64,000 nucleotides of DNA from NCBI RefSeq assembly GCF_009914755.1, contig NC_060944.1; one strand, written 5' to 3'. This DNA is from the human T2T-CHM13v2.0 reference genome, Homo sapiens. Position numbers and translations under genes: made by a program. Shown here piece by piece: positions 57,745 through 64,000 of the stretch (within the stretch, counting starts at the first letter, position 1; every line of letters starts with the position of its first letter). Under the pieces are notes generated by a model. That model worked only from the letters and a program-made list of their open reading frames with translations, was not told where the DNA came from and did not search any database.

Positions 57745-60303
57745 TAAATTTGAGTCATTTTGGAAGCCCAAAATATCCTCTGAATTATTGGATGTGGCTG
57801 TAAAATGTGTTCTCAAGGAGCCCCTTGTAAATTTCCATGAGCGGCTGTTATCCTAAGTCATATGAAGGCAGTAATCCATCAGAGTTACCCTATGTGCACA
57901 AGGAAGGACTGTCTAGAATCTAATTTTATCTCTAACTCTATAAACAGCCAAGTGGCACCATTTATTATTTTACATAAATCAGCCCTGAGACCAAATTCTC
58001 CTTTAAATGTGTCCTTTATTCTTTTCCAATACAGTACTGCCTAAAAATCCCCAGTAGCTCGAAACAATTCTATGGCCTTTGCATTTGGGGAGGGAGAGAG
58101 GTTCTGGAGGAATGAGAGGAGAGGAGAGAGACCTGAGAGGGAAAAGGAAACTCCTGTTCAGCACATCAGTCCAACCAGGCTTTGGGCTTGCAAGCCAGAA
58201 CATCTAGATGAAAAGCAAAGAAGCAAGTCAATGAAGGGCCTATTCTCAACTTGGCTAGATGCCTTTTTCTATTCTCATTTAACATGTCTTTTGGAAAATA
58301 AGAAATTGTAGGTCTGCATTAGTCACTGTTAGGAAAACTTGTACAGGAATTTACTTTCTAGTGACTTGACTTGGAGAGTGGCTGGTATCCACGGGTCCTT
58401 AATAAAAGCCAGTGAGAGAACAGGACGCTGATGAAGACTGATGCTAAATGGGCCGTGTGCTTCCTGTGGCTCTAATGGAAATCATGGCGTGTTTAGCTTA
58501 ATGGCAATATGGAAAATCCACTTCCTTCTCTCAGCCATTTTTTTAACTAATATAATATTATAATACGATTCTCTCTTGTTTATCCCCTTATTTTTTATAG
58601 TTAAAAGTTTAATTTGGAGTTTAAATGTAATTTGAATGCTGCCTAGAGCTCTCCAGAGACAAGGTGTGATATCAATTCCGCAGAATGGAATAATTCTAAT
58701 TTTCACATGGTGTTGGATGGCAACTAGGGACTACCATGCCTCATGACTGGATATCTATAAGCTTCTACCACCAACCTCAGAAACACTATCATGAGCAAGA
58801 GAGAAACTGATAAAAATAAATGTTTCTCTCCTTCCAGAGTCAGTTACCAGAGTGGAAATTCAACTTGTTATCTCTCCTTGCCATACCTTATAGGATGAAA
58901 ATCTGGTCTTTAAAAAATATTTAGGAGTAAATAGCCCAGTTTCTTCTTTCTATTTAGCTATGGGCTGAATTTCTGGGCAGGTAAGTCAACTGTAAAACGT
59001 AATCCTTTCCTGTGTGATTTTGGCTGCAGTGCTTGGGGACAGATTATATTCTTGTTGTTGTTTTTGCTTGTTTGCCATTCTCAGTCCAGTGAATTCTCCT
59101 CTCTAACTTCCATCCACAGTTAATTTACATTCCCAGTATTTGACGTCCTTGGATGAGATCAGAAATGGCAAACAACTTTGAAAACTTTGTGCTCATATGG
59201 CTATTAATGCTTGCCTGTTGGATGTTTTTGGTTTTGGTTCGTTTATAAGCTGATATTGGCTGTTTCTTTTTTTTTTTTTTTTTAAAAAGAAGTAGACTTT
59301 ATTTTTTACAGCAGTTTCAGGTTTATAGCAAAATTGAGCAGAAAGTACAGAGATTTCCCATATACCTCTAGCTCCACACAGGCACAGCTTCCGCCACTGT
59401 CAACATTCTCCAGCAGAGTGATACATTAGCTACAATTGATGAAGCTACCTTGACACATCATTATCACCCAAGGTCCATGGTTTAAATTCGGTTTTATTCT
59501 GGGTGTACATCCTGTGGATTTGGACAAATTCATAGTGACATGTATCCACCGTTACGGCGTCATACAGAGTAGTTTCACTGTCCTAAAAGTCCCGTGCTCC
59601 AGCTTTTCCTCCCTCTCCCCCTGCTAATTCTTGGCAACCACTGATCTTTTTACTGTCTCCATAGTTTGCCTTTTCCAGAATGTCATGTAGTTGGAATCAT
59701 ACAGTATGTAGCCTTTCAGATTGGCTTCTTTCACTTAGCAATATACATTTAAGTTTCTTCCATGTCTTTTCATGGCTTGGTAGCTCGTTTCTTTCTAGCA
59801 CTGAATAATATTTCATTGTCTGAATGTATCACAGTTTATCCATTCACCTACTGAAGGACATCTCGGTTACTTCCAAGTTTTTGCAGTTAAGCTGCTGCTG
59901 TAAACATCCGTGAGCAGGTTTTGTGTGGACATAAGTTTTCAACTCTTGGGTAAATACCAAGGAGCACAATTGCCATATTGTATGGTAAGAGTATGTTTAG
60001 TTTTGTAAGAGACTGCCAAACTGTCTTCCAAAATGGCTGTGCCATTTTGCTTCCCACCAGGAGTGAATGAGAGTTTCTGTCTATATCCTCACCAGCATTT
60101 GGCATTGTCAGTGTTCTGGATTTTGGCCATTCTCAGAAGCATGTAGTGGTATCTTATTACTGTTTTAATTTGTATTTCCCTAATGACATTTGGCGTGGAT
60201 CATCCTTTCATGTGCTTATTTGTCATCTATAGAACTTCATTGAGGTATCTGATAAAGTCTTTAGTCTATTGTTTAATCAGGATGTTTGTTTTCTTACTGT
60301 TGA

Positions 60304-60613
<310 letters not shown>

Positions 60614-61544
60614 TCTGTTGAGTTCTAAGAGTTCTTTGTTTATCTATATTTTTTCATTTTAAGCTTTATTGACAAATGAAAAATTGTACAGATTTATGGC
60701 ATACAATGTAATGTTTGATGTACGTATGCATCGCGCAATGATTAAATCAAGGTAATTAACACATTCATCACCTCACATGTTTATCACTTTTTATGGTGAG
60801 AACATTTAAGACCTACTCTCTCAGCAATTTTCAAATATACGTTGCATTACTATCAACTATAGTCATCATGCTGTACAATAGATCTCCAGAACTGATACCT
60901 CCTGTCTAATAAAAAATTTGTACCCCTTGAGCAACATCTCCCTGTTTAACCTTTATTTTAATTTCAGGGGTACATGTGCAAGTTTGTTGTATAGGTAAAC
61001 TTGTGTCCTGGGGGTCTGTTGTACAGATTATTTCATCACCCAGGTATTAAGCCTAGTACTCACTAGTTATTTTTCCTGATCCTCTCCCTCCTTCCTCCAC
61101 CTTCTGATAGACCCCAACGTGGATTTTTTTCCTTTGTGTGTCCATGTGTTCTCATCATTTAACTCCCACTTACAAGTGAGAACACGTGGTATTTGGTTTT
61201 CTGTTCCTGCATTAGTTTGCTAAGGATAATGGCCTCCAGCTGCATCCATGTCTCTACAGAGGACGTGATCTCATTCTTTTCCATGGCTGCATAGTATTAT
61301 ATGGTGCATCTGTACAACATTTTCTTAATCCAGTCTATCATTGATGGGAATTTAGGTTGATTCCATGTCTTTGCTGTTGTGAATAGTGCTGCAATGAACG
61401 TACACATGTGTGTGTCTTTATGATAGAATGATTTTGTATTCCTTTAGGGACATACCCAGTAATGGGATTGCTGGGTTGAATGGGTAGTTCTGGTTCTATG
61501 TCTTTGAGAAATCACCACACTGTTTTCCACAATGGTTGAACTAA

Positions 61545-61910
<366 letters not shown>

Positions 61911-64000
61911 ATCTTTTATTTTTTGACTTTTTGATAATCGGACGTTATTTTTAATGCGATTTTTTAAATTTCTTTTTCAGATAGTTCGTTGTTGGCGTAT
62001 AGATATGCTACTACTTTTTACATGTTAATTTTGTATCCTGTAACTCTACTGAACTTCTTTATTATTTCTAACAGATTTTTTATGGCATCTTTAGGATTTT
62101 CTATATATAAGATCATGTCATGTACAAAGAAAGACAGTTTAACTTCTTCCTTTCCAATTTGGATGCTTTTGTGTATCTGTTATAGGTTTTTGCTTTATGG
62201 TTATCATGAGGCCATCTTGCTGATATCACTGTTTTTGTATATTTTGGATAAGAGACATTTATCAGGTACGTTTTTCTGCAAGTATTTTCTCCTAGTCTGT
62301 GACTCCATATCTTTTCATTTTCTTGACAGTGTCTTTTGCAGAACAGAAAATTTAATTTTAATGAAGCCCAGCTAATCAGATTTTTTTTGCCTGGCTTTGT
62401 GGGGAAAGACCTCACCTTTGTTTCTTTCATGAAAAGTGACTTTGGTATTGTATAAAAGTCATCTAGATTTTCTCCTATGTTATCTTCTAGGAGTTTTATA
62501 GTTTTGCATTTTACACTTATGTCTGTGATCCATTTTGAGTTAATTTTTGTGAAGGGTATAAGATCTGTGTCTGACATTAATTTAGGAAAATTCTCAGTCA
62601 TTATTGCTTCCAATATTTCTTCTGCTCCTTTCTGTCTTTATTCGTTTTCTGGTGTTCCCATTATGTATAATTATACCTTTTGTAGTTGTCCCACAGTTTT
62701 AAGATATTTTGTTCTGTTTGTTTTCAGTCCTTTTTTTCTCTTTGCTTTTCAGTTTTTGCAGTTTCTATTGTAATATTCTCAAGCTAAGAGATTCTTTCCT
62801 CAGCTGTGTCCAGTTTACTAATAAGCCTACCTAAGGTATTCTTTCTTTCTATTACAGTGTTTTTGATCTTTAGCATTTCTTTTGATTATTTCATAGAATT
62901 TCCATCTCTCTGCTTCCATTACCCACTTGTTCTTGCATGCTGTCTACTTTATCCATTAAAGTTCTTAGCATGTTAATCATAGTTGTTTTCCATTCCCAGT
63001 ATAACTCTAAGATCCCTGACATATCTGAGTTTGGTTTTGATGCTTGCTCTGCCTCTTTACATTGTGTTTTTTTTGTTTTTTTTTTTTTTTTTTTTTTTGC
63101 CTTTTAGTATGCCTTGTAATTTTTCTTGGTAGCTGGACATGATGTACTGGGTAAAAGGCAGTGCTATAAATAGGCCTTTAGTACTGTGGTGGTAAGCTAC
63201 GGGGAGGGGAAGCCTTCTGTACTTTTCTGATTAGGCCATAGTCTTCTAGTGAGCCTGTGCCCTGGGACTGTGAGCTTCTCAAGTGTTTCTTGTTTTTTTT
63301 TTTTTTGGTCTCCCTTATATGGGACAGGATGGCTAGAACGTGCCGGAGTTGGGTATTTCCCTTTCTCCCTGTGGGGACTAGAGCCAGTTGGAGTTGGGTG
63401 TTTCCCTTCTCCCACGTGGAAGGCTAGAGTTGGCTGGAGTTGGTTATATCCCTTCCCGCAGGTCAGTTAGGCTCTGATAAGACCCTAGCTTGTTAGGCTC
63501 TGGTTAAATAGTTTCTCTTGAGGGCAGACCTTGTTAAGAAGAACATAATGCTCTAGAGTATTTTAAATGTTTACTTTTTTCCTTCCCCTGATGGAAACAT
63601 AAGGGGATTTTTCTCCACTCTTGACTGTGAGAAACTGGTCCAGCTCTTGGAGGTAAAACTCATAAAAGTTTGGGTCCTTCTGGAGTTCTTTACTCTCAGA
63701 CTTGTCTACACTGAGTCTCTAGCAATTTGTCACATACAGTTCAGGATTTCTAGTATTGGTTCCCATGGTAGAGGTTTCTGCTTATAGGTATCTGCTCCAA
63801 TAGGTTGACATTTCTGTATCTGCCTGTCTGACTCCCCAGTTTTGAGGGCAGCACTTTGCTCTTTCACCTCACTTCTCTTATGGATCTAAGAGTTTGATTT
63901 TTCAGTTTGTCCAGCTTTGTATTTGTTGTTAGCTTGAAAGTTGTCACTCCAACCTCCTTACATCTTCTGCAATAAGGCTACAGAATGAAGTAACACAAGG

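Noticed and set aside
58895-58909. ATGAAAATCTGGTCT (MKIWS), resembling the PRELID3A/B N-terminus
   Set aside because: Similarity ends after five codons and a stop follows (MKIWSLKNI*); treated as chance, not a pseudogene.
63325-63470. ~43-bp degenerate tandem repeats (ggagttgggtatttcccttc)
   Set aside because: Consistent with the internal repeat array of old L1M 5' UTRs.

Overview
This is primate (almost certainly human) genomic DNA, not prokaryotic. The only protein-coding sequence I can support is coding exon 1 of PRELID3B (SLMO2), a mitochondrial intermembrane-space lipid-transfer protein. It lies on the minus strand at 3802-3833 (MKIWTSEHVFD..., donor GA|gtaagt) inside a CpG-island promoter with NRF1, ETS/GABPA and GC-box motifs; positions 1-3801 are its intron 1. 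From memory this is chr20q13.32, and the remaining ~60 kb is the intergenic interval toward ZNF831. That interval is mostly interspersed repeats: about 30 Alus, old and young L1 pieces, L2/MIR, MER39/MER21/MLT1 LTRs and hAT DNA transposons. It also holds unique islands with enhancer-like motifs, a near-consensus CTCF site and a 3'-truncated U2 snRNA retrocopy. Nearly all ORF-track entries are repeat-derived or chance. The most interesting unexplained structures are: a perfect 27-bp palindrome extendable to a ~43-bp stem (27268-27360); a ~93% identical inverted duplicate of an old hAT element (31434-33131); several micro template-switch scars; two in-phase alternative-exon candidates in PRELID3B intron 1; and strong + strand splice-site pairs that could belong to a non-coding transcript divergent from PRELID3B. 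I found no convincing new biological system. Repeat subfamily names are from recall and their boundaries are approximate.
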